Shown here piece by piece: positions 37,485 to 51,062 of a DNA stretch of 64,000 bases (within the stretch, counting starts at the first letter, position 1; each line of letters begins with the position of its first letter). Both the position numbers and the translations under genes were made by a program. The notes beneath the pieces are model-generated. The model made no database searches. It worked only from the letters and a program-made list of their open reading frames with translations, and was not told the DNA's origin. The stretch comes from Octopus vulgaris (taxonomy: Eukaryota). The stretch is from positions 109,182,001 to 109,246,000 of the forward strand of contig OX597820.1 in the NCBI GenBank assembly GCA_951406725.2, read 5' to 3'.

Positions 37485-38260
37485 CAGGGGTTGGACAAAA
37501 TAATGGAAACACCTTAAAATTTCAAACAAATTTATTTTAATATAAGGTAGGACTGCCTTTAGTAGTAATTACAGCTTGAATACTATGAGGTATGGACTCG
37601 TACAAAGTTTGAATTGTTTTCAAAGGAATTTTTGTCCATTCTTCAGCTAAAACAGTCTCCAGTTCTTGTTGTGATGATGGAAGAGAATATCGACTCCTTA
37701 CTTGTTTTTCTAAAATGCACCATAAATGTTCAATAATATTGAGATCTGGGGACTGTGGTGATCAGATAAGATGTTCAACTTCACTAGAATGTTCCTTGTG
37801 CCATTCAATAACAACTTTAGCTGTGTGAATTGGTGCATTATCATCCTGAACAATTGCGTTTTCCTCTGGAAACAGTTCCACAACCATATGATGAATTTGA
37901 TATATAAAATGCTTAAATAGTCTTGACTATTAATTCTGCTATGAAGGGAAGCCATCGGGCCGGCGGATTTCCAAGATATAGCCCCCCCCTCCCCAGATCA
38001 TCACAGATCCTCCACCATGTTTAATAGTTGGAAGAAGGTTGTCTGGGTCAAATGCTTCTTTGGGCTGTCTCTACACATATACTCAGCTGGTAGTTGGAAA
38101 TAAGGTAAAGGATGACTCATCCAAGAAAATAACATTCTTCCACTGCTCTAGGGACCAATTCTATAGGTTTTTACTCCACTCTAAATACTTTGCAACATTT
38201 GTTTTTGAAAGTAGTGGTTTTCTGATTGCAGCCCTCCCATGAAATCTGGTTTTGTGCAGA
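37485..38260 (-). mobile_element. Tc1-like fragment (same family as 24668)
   Basis: TA plus caggggttggacaaaataatggaaacacc. Colinear with 24668-25435. Confidence 0.85.
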
Positions 38261-38261
38261 T

Positions 38262-38635
38262 CACTCATCGTCTTCCAGGGATGTTCTTCCTTTTTTGAAG
38301 CGCCACTTGAAACATTGTGTATGACCCATCGCCTCATCACCATAAGCTTGCCAAAGCATACTCAAATGTCTCTGTAGCAGATGTCCCAAGTTTAACGCAA
38401 AATTTTACAATGGCTCTTTGTTCCAGCTTCCTGACCATGACAAAAATCGCAGACTACAGAATACACATGATCACAAAAACACAAATTTTACAACTTGTTT
38501 AGTAAGCACAGTGAGGTCACTCGGCATACTGCCTCATTAAGGTCACTGCTAGCTCTCACTGTGCTTGCAACTGTGTGCTGCTGTCTGTTGGTGTGCTACA
38601 GAACTAGTCCAGGAACTTTCTGATACCACCTTGTA
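38262..38635 (-). mobile_element. Mariner 5' fragment
   Basis: Minus strand encodes a mariner-like N-terminus (EQRAIVKFCVKLG..TETFE). End sequence ggaactttctgataccaccttg followed by TA. Confidence 0.55.
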
Positions 38636-39149
38636 TAATAAATATTTTAAAAATAGTTTTAATAAGTATATAAACGTACATATAAAAAGTAAAATATAAA
38701 TGGATTTACCAGGTAACAGACAGCTGGAGACGTAAAGATTAAACCAAGAAATAGTACTGAATAACAAAAATCTTCAAATTGAGTTGAAAGTTGAAAAGAC
38801 CACAAATAAAAGCTTATGGACCCTCATTTTAATCACATTTTTAACCATACCTTAAAATACTTTCTATTCCAAAGTTGAGTAGTAAAACCAAAATAATACT
38901 GGCACCTACATAGAAGGACATGTATATAACATTAACATACTAAAAAATACACCACCACACTCACATAGCTTTTAATATATATATAGACCACATGGAGACA
39001 AACATATGTATATATACACATAAGTATAAATGCATGCACATATATAAATGCATACAAAACATATATATACACTCAGTATAAATATAAATATACACTCAAT
39101 ATAAATACATATATATCTACACTCAATATAAATACACTCAATATAAATA

Positions 39150-40340
39150 TGTTACTTAAAAGTAATGGGATAAACCTGTTGTAGTTCAGGCTTCTGCCAC
39201 CAGAAGCCTCAAGCATCATTCTACTAACCAGCAACATTGAGTGAAGTCATGTTGCTACATGGTGCTTCCTGATTTTGCAGTGCTTCTCCCCTCTTCATCA
39301 ATTTTTGAAATGGTTGAAATAAAGGGACAGCATGCTTCCGTGAAATTCTGTTTTCTGTTATGGAAAGCAGCAGCCAAAGCAGTTGTCATGCTTCAAACAG
39401 CTTACAAGAATGCTGCTATGAGCAAAACACAAGTTTATGAGTGGTTTTCACACTTGGGAATGGTCACTTGTTGCTTGAACACCAACCTTGTTCAGGGCAA
39501 CAGTCAATCACCCGAATGAAAGAAAACATCATGAAAATTCATGGACTGATCTTGGAGGACTGTTGTCAAACAATTGACAAACTTGTTGATATGATTGGTG
39601 TGTCCTGGAGCTCCTGCCAATGAATTTTGAGCAAGGAATTACTAATGAAAAGAGTTGCAGCAAAATCTGTACCTTGCTTGCTCACAGAAAATCAAAAGCA
39701 GTTACGACTGAGTGTGTGTCGTAAACTGAAAGGACAGTTGGAAGTTGATCTGAACCTTGTTTTGAAGGTCATTGCTGGTGATGAAAGCTGGTGTTAAAGC
39801 CATGACCCAGAAATGAAGCAGCAATCATGTCAATGGAAGCATTCAATGTCACCATGTCAAGTGAAGTTCAGTGTCAAGATGATGTTGATGTGAAAGGAAT
39901 TGTGAAAGGAATTGTGAAAGGAATTGTCTACACAGTATTTGTTCCTCCTGGTCAAACTGTCAACCAGACATAACAGTTCTGAAGCATTTGCGAAACATGG
40001 TGAGATGAAAATGCCCTGACTAGTGGCAAAGTGGAGAGTGGTGGTTTCATCACAATAATGCACCTTCACACACCTCCTTGCATGTAAAACAGTTTTTGAC
40101 AAAAAATGGCATAACCCCATTTACTCACCCTTCCTATACACCCAATCTTGCTACCTGCAATTTTTCTTTGTTCCTCCCAAATAAAGAGCAGTCCTCGAAG
40201 AAAAATGTTTCAAAAATGTGGAAGAGGTGAAGAAAAAAAACAATGGAGGTGTTAAAAGGCATCGCTTTGCAAGAGTTTTAACACTGCTTCGAACAGTGGA
40301 AAACACATCTGGACCAATGTATTGCTTCAAATGGAGGACA
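39150..40340 (+). mobile_element. Degenerate mariner
   Basis: VKFCFLL..MSKTQVYEWF, GDESW, HHNNAPSH and PSYTPNLA remnants. Confidence 0.8.
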
Positions 40341-40346
40341 CGTTAA

Positions 40347-41800
40347 CCCATTCGTGCTAAAATTTTTCTAGTAAATGAAATTGCCTGAAAATTCACAGAT
40401 ATTATTATTTTGACCTAAATATCAACTGAAAAAAATTTCATTGAAATCCATTTGATATTTTCTGAAATAATCACTGTCAGATATAACGGACATTAGGCAC
40501 TGTGCATATGAATCTTTAATCAGCTCGTTAACTGTGCAATTTACTTATTTATAGGCTAATAAAAGTATTATATCTGACCATAACTTTATTATGAAAATAA
40601 TTCCTGTTCACATAAATAAGATATCAATAAAAACTGAAAATTTATTTAGTAAAATATATCCTTTTGAAATGAAACTATACAACTTTACTGAACATGATAC
40701 TTCTTGAAACATTTGGGACGAACTTCTACATAACATTTTTCACATATGAAATGACTTTTCCCAGAGCACTCTTTGCATCTCCTTTCATTTGGAATATATC
40801 CAATCCAATGCTCAACACCATCATATCTTGCATTGTTTTTCAAATGAGCAGATGTGCATTTTCTTTGAAACTTTGGAGTGCCACACTTTTTCAATAGAGT
40901 TAGAGAAATGTTTTCAATGAAATTATATAATGTAATTTTGTTCTCTGCTCTATTCATCAAGATGCATGCATTTTGGGTTGCCACAGAAACAAAATATGAA
41001 AAAATAGGCCACCACCATTTATTTTGCTGCATTCAAATTCTATAGGAACCAATGTTATGATCCAGAAGGTCAACAAATCCCATATATATGTTGTAATTTT
41101 GGATGCTTTCAGGCATATTTCTTTTGAGACCTATCTTAGTGCGCAACAGTGAACATTTTATAGGTTTCAAAGTTTGATAACAGAACAACATTGTTAATAT
41201 ATTTCTATTTTACAGCAACTATATTTGAAGTAGACTTGAAGTCAGCTGTTCCTCTGGGGGGGGGGGGGGCATGCTTTCATTTCAGTTTTTGTTTTGAAAG
41301 GACATCTAGCCATCCTATTTCCTCTGCAGGATCACGAGGCACATATTCCTTTCTCAAAAAGTTTCTCCATCAATTGAATACTTGTGAAATAGTTATCAAA
41401 AATATTTTGAAACCTTTATTGTCTGGTACTCCTACAGCATCAATGAGATCAAGGACAATGTTTCCACCTAGGCCAAATGCATTTTCAGTTTTATTGGGAC
41501 CATCTTTCTTGCCAGTGTAGAGGTCAACAGCATGCATATAGTCATGCTGAGAACAAAGGGCCCAAACTTTGAAACCAAACCAAATTGGTTTCCCTTTTAT
41601 AAATTGTTTGGGCATAGTGCTTGCCATAATCATACTTTCATCATGTTCCTTGAATTTTTATTTGTAAGTGGTCAAGTAGAGATCTGAGTTTGAATGCATG
41701 ATTGTCTCCTGAAGCATTGGTGTTATCCACTAAATAGATATTTCTTAATATATTCTTTTCAGTTCCACATTACTCCTCCTTCCCCCCATCCAAACACACC
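40347..41800 (-). mobile_element. Degenerate piggyBac transposase remnant
   Basis: TTAA-CCC terminus at 40343-40349. KQFIKGKPIWFGFKVW, KWWWPIF and the C-terminal Cys-rich RRCKEC..CEKC..CFKKYH. Confidence 0.8.
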
Positions 41801-42251
41801 TACAGTGTCCCTTGAAATAGATAATATTCTTTTACGTTAACATGGTGGACAGGTCAGTTTTAGCTTCCCTACTATTATAATGTAAACCTTTTTGAACTCA
41901 TAATATTATGTTCGTGTATACAAATATTCCACTGAACTTTTTAATAATTCCTTCTGGAAATTATCTTGAGAATGTATATATTTGTTGTAATCTTTTGTGC
42001 CCAATATTTCAATGAACTTGTTAAACTTTATATGTTCTTAACGTGCTCTTGTCACCAAAGAATGTAAACTTTTTTATGTCCTTAACATGTCCTTGTTACC
42101 AGACTGTATATATGTAATGTAGCATTTTGTAACAACCAATAATTAATGCAACCAAACTTTTACATGTTACTTTTGACAATCTTTTTCCAAAGAGTGAACC
42201 TGATAAAGTAAATAGACATCTTTTAAAATAGCATTTTCAAACCTTCTTTCG

Positions 42252-42290
<39 letters not shown>

Positions 42291-42419
42291 ATATATGTAT
42301 GTATATATATGTATACATGTATATGTATGTATATATATGTATACATGTATATGTACGTATAAATATATATATATGTATGTATATATATATATATGTATAT
42401 ATGAATCTGGGAAATAAAG

Positions 42420-43101
42420 CTAGTTCACAGCTGTAACCTACACCAGTGTCGCATAATCAGGCCACTCAAGAGTATCTTGGATTGTAGGGTGACATGCTGT
42501 GCTTGAGGAGACCAATGGAGTCAAGTACATCAAAATCAAAATGACATCAAATCAAGTCACAATCAAATGGAAATTGTAGTTGTGGTCCCTGTGCTGGTGG
42601 CACATAAAAAGCACCATCCGAATGTGGCCGATGCCAGTGCCGCCTTGACTGGCTCCAGTGCCGCCTTGACTGGCTCCAGTGCCGCCTTGACTGGCTCCAG
42701 TGCCGCCTTGACTGGCTCCAGTGCCGCCTTGACTGGCTCCAGTGCCGCCTTGCTGGCTCCAGTGCTGCCTTGACTGGCTCCAGTGCCGCCTTGACTGGCT
42801 CCAGTGCCGCCTTGACTGGCTCCAGTGCCGCCTTGACTGGCTCCAGTGCCGGTGCACATAAAAGGCACCATACGATCATGGTTGATGCCATTCCCCTCTG
42901 TGCCCTGTGCTGGTGGCATGTAAAAAGCACCTACTACATTCTCAGAGTGGTTGACATTAGGAAGGTCTTCCAGGTGTAGAAACACTGCCAGATCAGACTG
43001 GAACCTGGTGCAGCCTCCTGGCTTTCCAGACCACAGTCGAACTGTCTAACCCATACCAACATGGAAAACGGATGTTAAACGATGATGTTGATGATGATGA
43101 C
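42420..43101 (+). mobile_element. RTE 3' UTR copy with an internal minisatellite
   Basis: Ends gttaaac(gat)n. Homologous to 60503-60960. Confidence 0.8.
42634..42850. repeat. 21-bp minisatellite, about 10 copies
   Basis: (ccagtgccgccttgactggct)n. Confidence 0.95.
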
Positions 43102-43159
43102 ATGTATATGTATGTGTGTGTGTGTGTGTGTTAATATATATATATATATATATATATAT

Positions 43160-43345
43160 AACGGGAAGCTTTATGAAAATAGACAAAAGACGAAGGCAGG
43201 TTTACAGAAATAAACAAAAGACGAAGGCAGGTGGAATACAAACAAACAATTGTATTAGTATAGCGCTCAGGAAATATAAATAAAACAAGTCTTTAACGTT
43301 TCGAGCCTACGCTCTTCAACAGAAAGATACACAGAGAAGAAACAC
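43160..43345 (-). mobile_element. Solo PLE-type terminal repeat (same family as 27391)
   Basis: Identical HHR-like motif at 43290-43327. Confidence 0.65.
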
Positions 43346-43575
43346 ACACACATATATATATATATACCCATGTATATGTATACATGTATATGTATGTATA
43401 TGTATACATGTATATGTAAATATATATATGTATATATACATGTATATATATATGTATGTGTGTGTACATATATGTATGTATACATGTATATATATGTATA
43501 TATGTATACATGTATATATATGTATATATGTATATATATACATGTTTGTATATATATATGTATATATGTGTGTAT

Positions 43576-43786
43576 GTGACCGCGTGTGTACCGTTGGCGA
43601 TTTTTTTTCTCCTCTGTCTTCCCTTCTCTGGATCTTTACTTCTCCTATGTTTCCGACGAAGAGCTCTGCTCAAAACGTTAAACCCTCCTTCTTCCCTTCC
43701 TTCCTGAACGTCCAATAATACTATATTTGTTCCATGTCCTTGCGTTGTTGTGTTTTCTCTTTGTGTTTTCATGTTTGGATTAACTA
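43576..43786 (+). mobile_element. Solo PLE-type terminal repeat, second family
   Basis: GTTT-CCGACGA-A-GAGC-tct-GCTC-AAAA-CG-TT-AAAC at 43649-43683. Same architecture as 27391. Confidence 0.55.
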
Positions 43787-43896
43787 TATATATGTTTATA
43801 TATGTGTATATATATATATATATGTGTGTGTTTATATATGTATGTGTCTATATATATATATATATGTATGTATGTATGTATGTACATATATATATA

Positions 43897-45770
43897 AGGC
43901 CTGAAAAAGGAAAAGATGAACATAAAACCAACAGAACAAAAGCTGTCAGAAACAAAGAAGAGCAAAGAGTTAAAGAAAGGGAAAAGTAGAAAGAATAAAA
44001 AAAAAATGCTGGTACAGAACGGAGGACCCCCAACAAAAGCTACAGGAGTTACAAATGTAAAAGCAGGAGCATTTGCAAATTTTACTTTCAAAGATACTGC
44101 TGGCACAGTGATGATGGTGCAAACTGTCACATTGAACATCAGAAGCCCTGCCCAAACTGCATTGACTCAAGACAATACCCACTTCCATGAGGATGGCCAA
44201 AGGAAAAGCAACAAAGAAGAAAAAATGGCACACTGTCTACTCCCAAAAGTTGATATGTGGATGTCGTGTGTGGCCCAACAAATGACCAGCTTCACCCAGA
44301 TGTGAAAAGGGCAGTAGCTGAACAGCAATCTTTTTTGTGCATGGCACAAAAGATTGTCCAGCAGCTGACCTAACCTCAAACACAAACGTGGAACTATACC
44401 CACCACCAACAACAGACACAGGATGGCCACCACTAACACCAACAGACACACCACAAAAATATTTCTTCTAAATATAGGAGAGTTGTTGCATGGCAACAGT
44501 AAAACAAAAATCGCATTCCTGAGAAACCTTGCAGCATGCAATCAATCTTTATGCATGGCACTTGTAGAAATTCATCTTATACCTGATGTAGGGGATGCAG
44601 AAATACGCATACCACAATATGATGTCATATGCTGGGATAGAAAGGAGAGGACCCATGGTGGAGTTGTTGTGTACATCCAAGAGGACCTCACACCCTAGGT
44701 CCTGCTGTTATATTCAAATTCAGTATGTGTCACTCAAATTGTACACATAAGACAACTTAATATTGTTATATGTACTACATATTGCCCACCGGTTGCTCCA
44801 AGTCATACAGGCAAGTTTGATCTCACCAAACTGGAACAACACATCAATGTATTCCTTTTGGGTGATTTTAACTTTCCCAATGTGTGATGTCCTGGAGGCC
44901 AGATGCTCCCAGGAATGACACACCACCAGCAAGCACAGGTGGAGTCCCTGCTCCACCTTACCAATGCTTCTTTCATGGAGCAAATTGTGCTGCAACCAAC
45001 CAGGGCAAATAATATAATGGATCTCTGCTTCACAAACAATATGGACATTATCCATAATGATAAAGTGATACCGATGCTGGTCTCGGATCACAACATAATA
45101 GAGCTGTCTATGTATGGACCAAAAGCTCCTGCAGACATACAGCTTATATGAAGCACCCAAAGTCTCTCCAAACTAAGTTTTCATATAGCAAATTGGAAGT
45201 TGATTGAAAAAGAGATCTTCAAACAGGATTGGCCTAAATGTCTCTCCACACCAGACATTGACATGAAACACAAACATTTCATGTCCATAATATAAACCAT
45301 TTGTAACAAGTCTGTCCCAGTGTGCAAGGCCAACAGACACAAAAATAGGATCCCTAAGGAAAGAAAGATTCTTATGAGATGATGGACAAAGATTGCAAAC
45401 CACATGAGCAAGCACCTCAAAAGTGGTGAGAAGTCTCACCTGGAGAGAGCACTGTTGGAGATTGAGAAAAGTTTGCATCAGTCTCACGAAAGGAGAGCAC
45501 AAATAAAGAAGCTTGGGCTATAGAAAATATCAAGACGAACCCTAAAGCTTTCTTTAAGTTTGCCAAAGAAACAGCCTCAGTATGCCACAAGATAGGACCC
45601 CTCTTCCAAAAATATGGCTCCCTCATAGGAAACCCCATGAGGATAAGTGAAATACTGAATGAACAGTTCCAAAGTGTGTTCACTACACCTCTGGGACATA
45701 GGCAAGTGAATAAACCAGCAGAATTCTTTGCTGCTTTACCTGTAACCAAAGAAGTTATTTTGGAAAGCAA
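43897..45770 (+). mobile_element. Degenerate CR1/L2-group LINE (ORF1 end plus endonuclease and linker)
   Basis: Cys/His fingers, LNIGEL, RTHGGVVVY, LGDFNFP, TRANNIMDL, SDHNII, AIENIKTNPKAFF. A diverged relative of 12930-16730. Confidence 0.85.
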
Positions 45771-45998
45771 GAGATATAGGAAGTAAAAAGGGTAATATGA
45801 GAATAAAGATAAAAATATATGTTGGATGTTAAAGTTGCTGTTTCATTATCCAAGGAATGTGCTGTGTAGAATGGGTAAAGAGGCTTCTTGTCCATGGGGT
45901 GTAAATTCCAATAGGAGTTCTTATTTTGTTATTACCTGTTGTTACCTGCACACTGGACAAAATATGCGTTATGTATAAGTGTTGACATATATGTGTAT

Positions 45999-46252
45999 AT
46001 CATCATCATCATCATCATCATCATCATCGTTTAACGTCCGTTTTCCGCGCTAGCACGGGTTGGACGGTTTCGACCGGGGTCTGGGGAGCTCGGGACTGCC
46101 CCAGGCTCCAGTCTAGTCTGGCAGTGTTTCTACAGCTGGATGCCCTTCCTAACGCCAACCACTCCGCGAGTGTAGTGGGTGTTTTTTACGTGCCACCTGC
46201 ACAGGTGCCAGAGGGGTCTGGCATCGGCCACGTTCGGATGGTGCTTTTTATG
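45999..46252 (-). mobile_element. RTE 3' terminal fragment
   Basis: (atc)n followed by gtttaacgtccgttttcc. Confidence 0.8.
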
Positions 46253-46504
46253 TGGGGGGGATGCATAAATATATAGGGGAGCACCAGTGGGGAGGGGTGG
46301 TTCAGAGAAATGATGACAGGTTCTAGGCAAGTAGAACGTAGGATATCAAGAGAGGGTAATGCATGGTGAAATAGCGTGTTGAAGAGGGGGTTCGAAGAGT
46401 AGACACCTATAATGGTGGTGGGAGAAGCGACATCCGGTATAGATGGAACAAAAATATAGAGATATCCGGTATTGGTGGTGGGGGTGGGCAAGGGCGGGTG
46501 CACC

Positions 46505-47389
46505 GGGAATATGCGAAGGTTGAACTTTAGAGAAACGGGCGGGAATGGCGATGTTTTTAGGGTGGCATGTAGAAAGAAAAGGAAAGCAAAGCAGATTGGT
46601 GGTTATAAGTTCAAAACATTTAAACGGTAGACAAATGTATGTATGTATGTATGAAAAAAGAAGGGAGAAATCTTAGCCTGCTCATGGACATCGCTGTAAG
46701 CCAGGGGAAGAAATGATAGTGAATGGTGGAGATCGAATTAAAGGGAATATGCGAAGGTTGAACTTTAGAGAAACGGGCGGGAATGGCGATGTTTTTAGGG
46801 TAGCATGTAGAAAGAAAAGGAAAGCAAAGCAGATTGGTGGTTATAAGTTCAAAACATTTAAACGGTAGACAAATGTATGTATGTATGTATGAAAAAAGAA
46901 GGGAGAAATCTTAGCCTGCTCATGGACATCGCTGTAAGCCAGGGGAAGAAATGATAGTGAATGGTGGAGATCGAATTAAAGGGAATATGCGAAGGTTGAA
47001 CTTTAGAGAAACGGGCGGGAATGGCGATGTTTTTAGGGTGGCATGTAGAAAGAAAAGGAAAGCAAAGCAGATTGGTGGTTATAAGTTCAAAACATTTAAA
47101 CGGTAGACAAATGTATGTATGTATGTATGAAAAAAGAAGGGAGAAATCTTAGCCTGCTCATGGACATCGCTGTAAGCCAGGGGAAGAAATGATAGTGAAT
47201 GGTGGAGATCGAATTAAAGGGAATATGTGAAGGTTGAACTTTAGAGAAACGGGCGGGAATGGCGATGTTTTTAGGGTGGCATGTAGAAAGAAAAGGAAAG
47301 CAAAGCAGATTGGTGGTTATAAGTTCAAAACATTTAAACGGTAGACAAATGTATGTATGTATGTATGAAAAAAGAAGGGAGAAATCTTA
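46505..47389. repeat. 238-bp tandem repeat, about 3.7 near-identical copies
   Basis: Units start at 46505, 46743, 46981 and 47219. Confidence 0.95.
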
Positions 47390-47591
47390 AATATATATGT
47401 GTGTGTGTGTGTGTATATGTATATGCAGATATATGTGTGGTTCTTTATATGTATTCCTTTGCGTGTATTGGTGCACATAGACGTATCTCCAGATACATAC
47501 ACGTATCTGTGCATATCTATTGTTTGTGTATTTATATACATGGCTGTATATATATGTTCATATATTTAGATGTGTGTGTGTATACATATAT

Positions 47592-50500
47592 ATCATCATC
47601 ATCATTTAACGTCCGCTTTCCATGCTAGCATGGGTTGGAAGATTTGACTGAGGACTGGCGAACCAGGCTCCAGTCTGATCTGGCAGAGTGTCTACAGCTG
47701 GATGCCCTTCCTAACGCCAACCACTCTGAGAGTATAGTGGGTGCTTTTACATGAGGGCCAGTCAGGCGGTACTCACAACAGCCACGCTCTAGTGATGTTT
47801 TTCATGTGCCACCTACACAGGAGCCAGTCCAGCGGCACTGGCAATGATCTCGCTCAAATGTTTTTCTTGTGCCACTGGCACAAGTGCCAGTAAGGCAACG
47901 CTGGTAACGATCACGTTTGAATGGTGCTTTTTATGTGCCACCAGCATGGAAGCCAGTCAGCTGCTCTGTAAGTGATCACACTCGGATGGTGCTCTTAGTG
48001 CTCCACTGGCACGGGTGCCAGTCATTGAATTAGTGAATTTGATTTGATTTCGATTTCACTTGCCTCAACAGCTCTTCACAAGCAGAGTTTAGTGTCCAAT
48101 GTAGGAAAGATATGCATAAGTGGGCTGCTTACACCCCTGGCATAGGCCACAGGTTATGGTCTCACTTGGCTTGCGAGATCTTCTCAGGCACAACATATTT
48201 CCAAAGGTCCCGGTCACTAGTCATTACCTCGGTGAGACCTAATGTTTGAAGGTCATGCTTCACCACTCATCCCAGGTCTTCCTAGGTCTACCTGTTCCAC
48301 AGGTTCCCTCAACAGTTAGGGTGTGGCACTTTTTTCACACAGCTATCCTCATCCATTCTCGCCACTTGATCATACCAGTGCAGTCGTCTCTCTTGCACAC
48401 CACATCTGATGCTTCTTAGGTCCAACTTTTCTCTCAAGGTACTGTCAAGTATGCACACTGACATTACACATCCATCAAAGCATACTGGCTTCATTCCTTG
48501 CAAGCTTACACATGTCCTCAGCAGTCACAGCCCATGTTTCACTGCCATGTAGCATGGCTGTTCCTACACATGCGTCATACAGTCTACCTTTTACTCTCTG
48601 AACTTTGCCCAGGCTATTCTTATTCTAGCAGCTACACTTTCAGTGCACCTTCCCCAGCTATTGAGTTGGTTACCTAGGTAACGGAAGCTATCAGCTACTA
48701 GTTTTTCTCCCTGTAATGTGGCGGTGGTTGTTCTCTACACATTTTCATTGTTTATTGCTCCTGAGCATCTGCCACATAAAAAAAAACTATCTTCCCAGTT
48801 AGCCTTCCTTTGATATTGCTGCATCTTTTATGTGTCCATAGCTTACACTGGGTACATCTTATAGAGTTTCTATCTACGCCTTTTCTACAGATTGAGCAGG
48901 GATTTATGGTGTGTCTGCCTTCTTACTTATCAGGACTTTGGTTTTAGCTAGGTTGACCCTAAGGCCCTTCAATTCCAATCCTTGTTTCCACAAGTGAAAC
49001 TTTTCCTCTAGTTCTGATAGTGACTCAGCAATTAGAACAAGTTCGTCATCATAGAGGAGCTCCCAGGGCATCCTGTCTTGAATTCCTCTGTTATTGCTTG
49101 GAGGACTATTATAAATAGGAGGAGGCTAGGACTGAACGTTGGTAGACCCCTACCTCTACCTGGAATTCTTCACTGTACTTGTTGCCAACCCTCACCATAC
49201 TAACAGCGTCCCTGTACATGGCTTGCACAGTTCTCACTAACCATTCATCTATCCCTAGTTTCCTCATTGACCACCAGATAAAGGATCGGGGGACTCTGTC
49301 CAAGGTTTTCTCCATGTCAATGAAAGCCAGGTACAGAGGTTTATCTTTGGTTAGGTATTTCTCCTGCAGCTGTCTTACCAGAAATATAGCATCAATGGTG
49401 CTTTTCCCTGGCACGAACCCAAACTGCATCTCATCTAAACTGACTCTCTCCCTAATTAGTTGAGCTATGATCCTCTCTGTAACCTTCATTACCTGATCCA
49501 CCAGCTTGATATCTCTAATTATTTGTATCTAAAGTGTCACCTTTACCTTTGTAGCAGTTGACTATGGTGCTGCTACACCAGTTATTGGGTATAACTCCGT
49601 GTATCACCTGGTTATCTATATGGGTGACTAGGCTATAGCTGACACTGCCAGATATTTTGAGCATCTCTGCAGTGATTCCTGATGGGCCGGGGGCTTTCTC
49701 TGTCTTCATACTCTTACTTGCTTTATCTGCCAAGGTACTGTCAACATGGATAGCTGGTCCCTCTATTGGGTCAACATTCAGCAGACTCTCTTTCTCCCAT
49801 TATTTTCTTTATTCAGCAACCTTTCATAGTGGCGTCTCCAAACCTCTCTCTTTGCAGCCTCGTTTAGTGCAAGTGAACCATCATCTATGTGGACACATTT
49901 CTCTCCTAGCACATCACGATTCTCTCTCACACACTCTCTTGCAACACGAAATACCTCAAGCCTTTGGTTCTCACGGCACAGAACATTGGCAAATTTTTTC
50001 TTATCTGCTTCCCCTCTGGCTAAAGAAACCTGCCTCCTAGCTTCCCTTCTGGCAGTCTGATACAATTCCTTGCTACCACCATTCTTCCAATCCTTCCAAG
50101 CCTGTTTCTTTTCTCAAATAGCTCTGTCAACAACATTGTTCCACCACCACCACCTTATTTTGGGTCGAGAGGGGACTTTGCACCATCCACAGATCGGTTC
50201 AGTGGCCCTCAGCAGGTTGTCCTGTAGAAACCTCCAGTTGTCTTCTACACCATGTGAAGCTATATCCCCTTCTATTTCGTCAAAGGCTTTGAGTAATATG
50301 TCTCTAAATCTCTGTCCATTTGCAGGATCTTTAAGTCTCCATACCCTTCTCCTTGCTGGTCATCTTCTGGACATCCACTTAGCCCTGATCCTGAAGTCGC
50401 TAACTACCAGTCTATGTTGTGGGGTACATTCTTCGCCTGGGAAGGTTTTGGCATTTATAAGTAGTGAGGATGTAGTTAATCTGACTAGTGTGTTTGCCAG

Positions 50501-51062
50501 ATCGGTAGGTGACTAGGTGACTGGAAGGTTTCCTGAAGTTAGTATTGCAAACCATAAGATCAGTACTCCAGCAGCCTGGTTCTCTCCTCATTGCGGGAAT
50601 CAAAACCATAGCCTCCATGTACGCCATGGAAGCCCCCTGTATGTTGTCCAACATGTCCATTGAAGTCACCAGGCACAAAGAGAAGGTCCCTATCATTTGT
50701 CAACAAGGTAGTCTGCAAGAGGGTGTCATAGAATGGATCTTTCTGTCCATCAGGTAGCCCCGGCTGAGGGGCATAGGCCGAGATAATGGTTGCTAATCCA
50801 TGATGAAGCACTAATCTAATCTTAAGTATTCTGTCGCATACTCTGACTATCTCAATTACCTTATCCACCCATTTCTCTGCAAGAAGTATACCCATGCCCC
50901 TAACCCCATCAGTGTTCCATGCCCAGAAAATCTTGTACCTGTGTTCTTTACCTGTGAGGAACCTCCTCTCCACCTTACTTCTTGGATGCAGCACATATCG
51001 ACACATTTCCGTTCAAGCATCTCAACAATCTCACCAGACCTACTTTTCAGCGTTCCAACATT
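47592..51062 (-). mobile_element. RTE-clade LINE, near full length, degenerate
   Basis: NVGTL..CIQEVRW, ISAYAPQ, GDFNGHVG, KAPGPSG, QFGFVPGKSTIDAIF, AFIDMEK, LYDD. (gat)n tail. Confidence 0.92.

Noticed and set aside
42547-42985. Repetitive proteins (AALEPVK / GTGASQG)
   Set aside because: Read-through of a 21-bp minisatellite in a LINE UTR.
46505-47389. CRISPR-like array
   Set aside because: The units are wholly identical with no unique spacers, the context is eukaryotic, and there are no cas genes.
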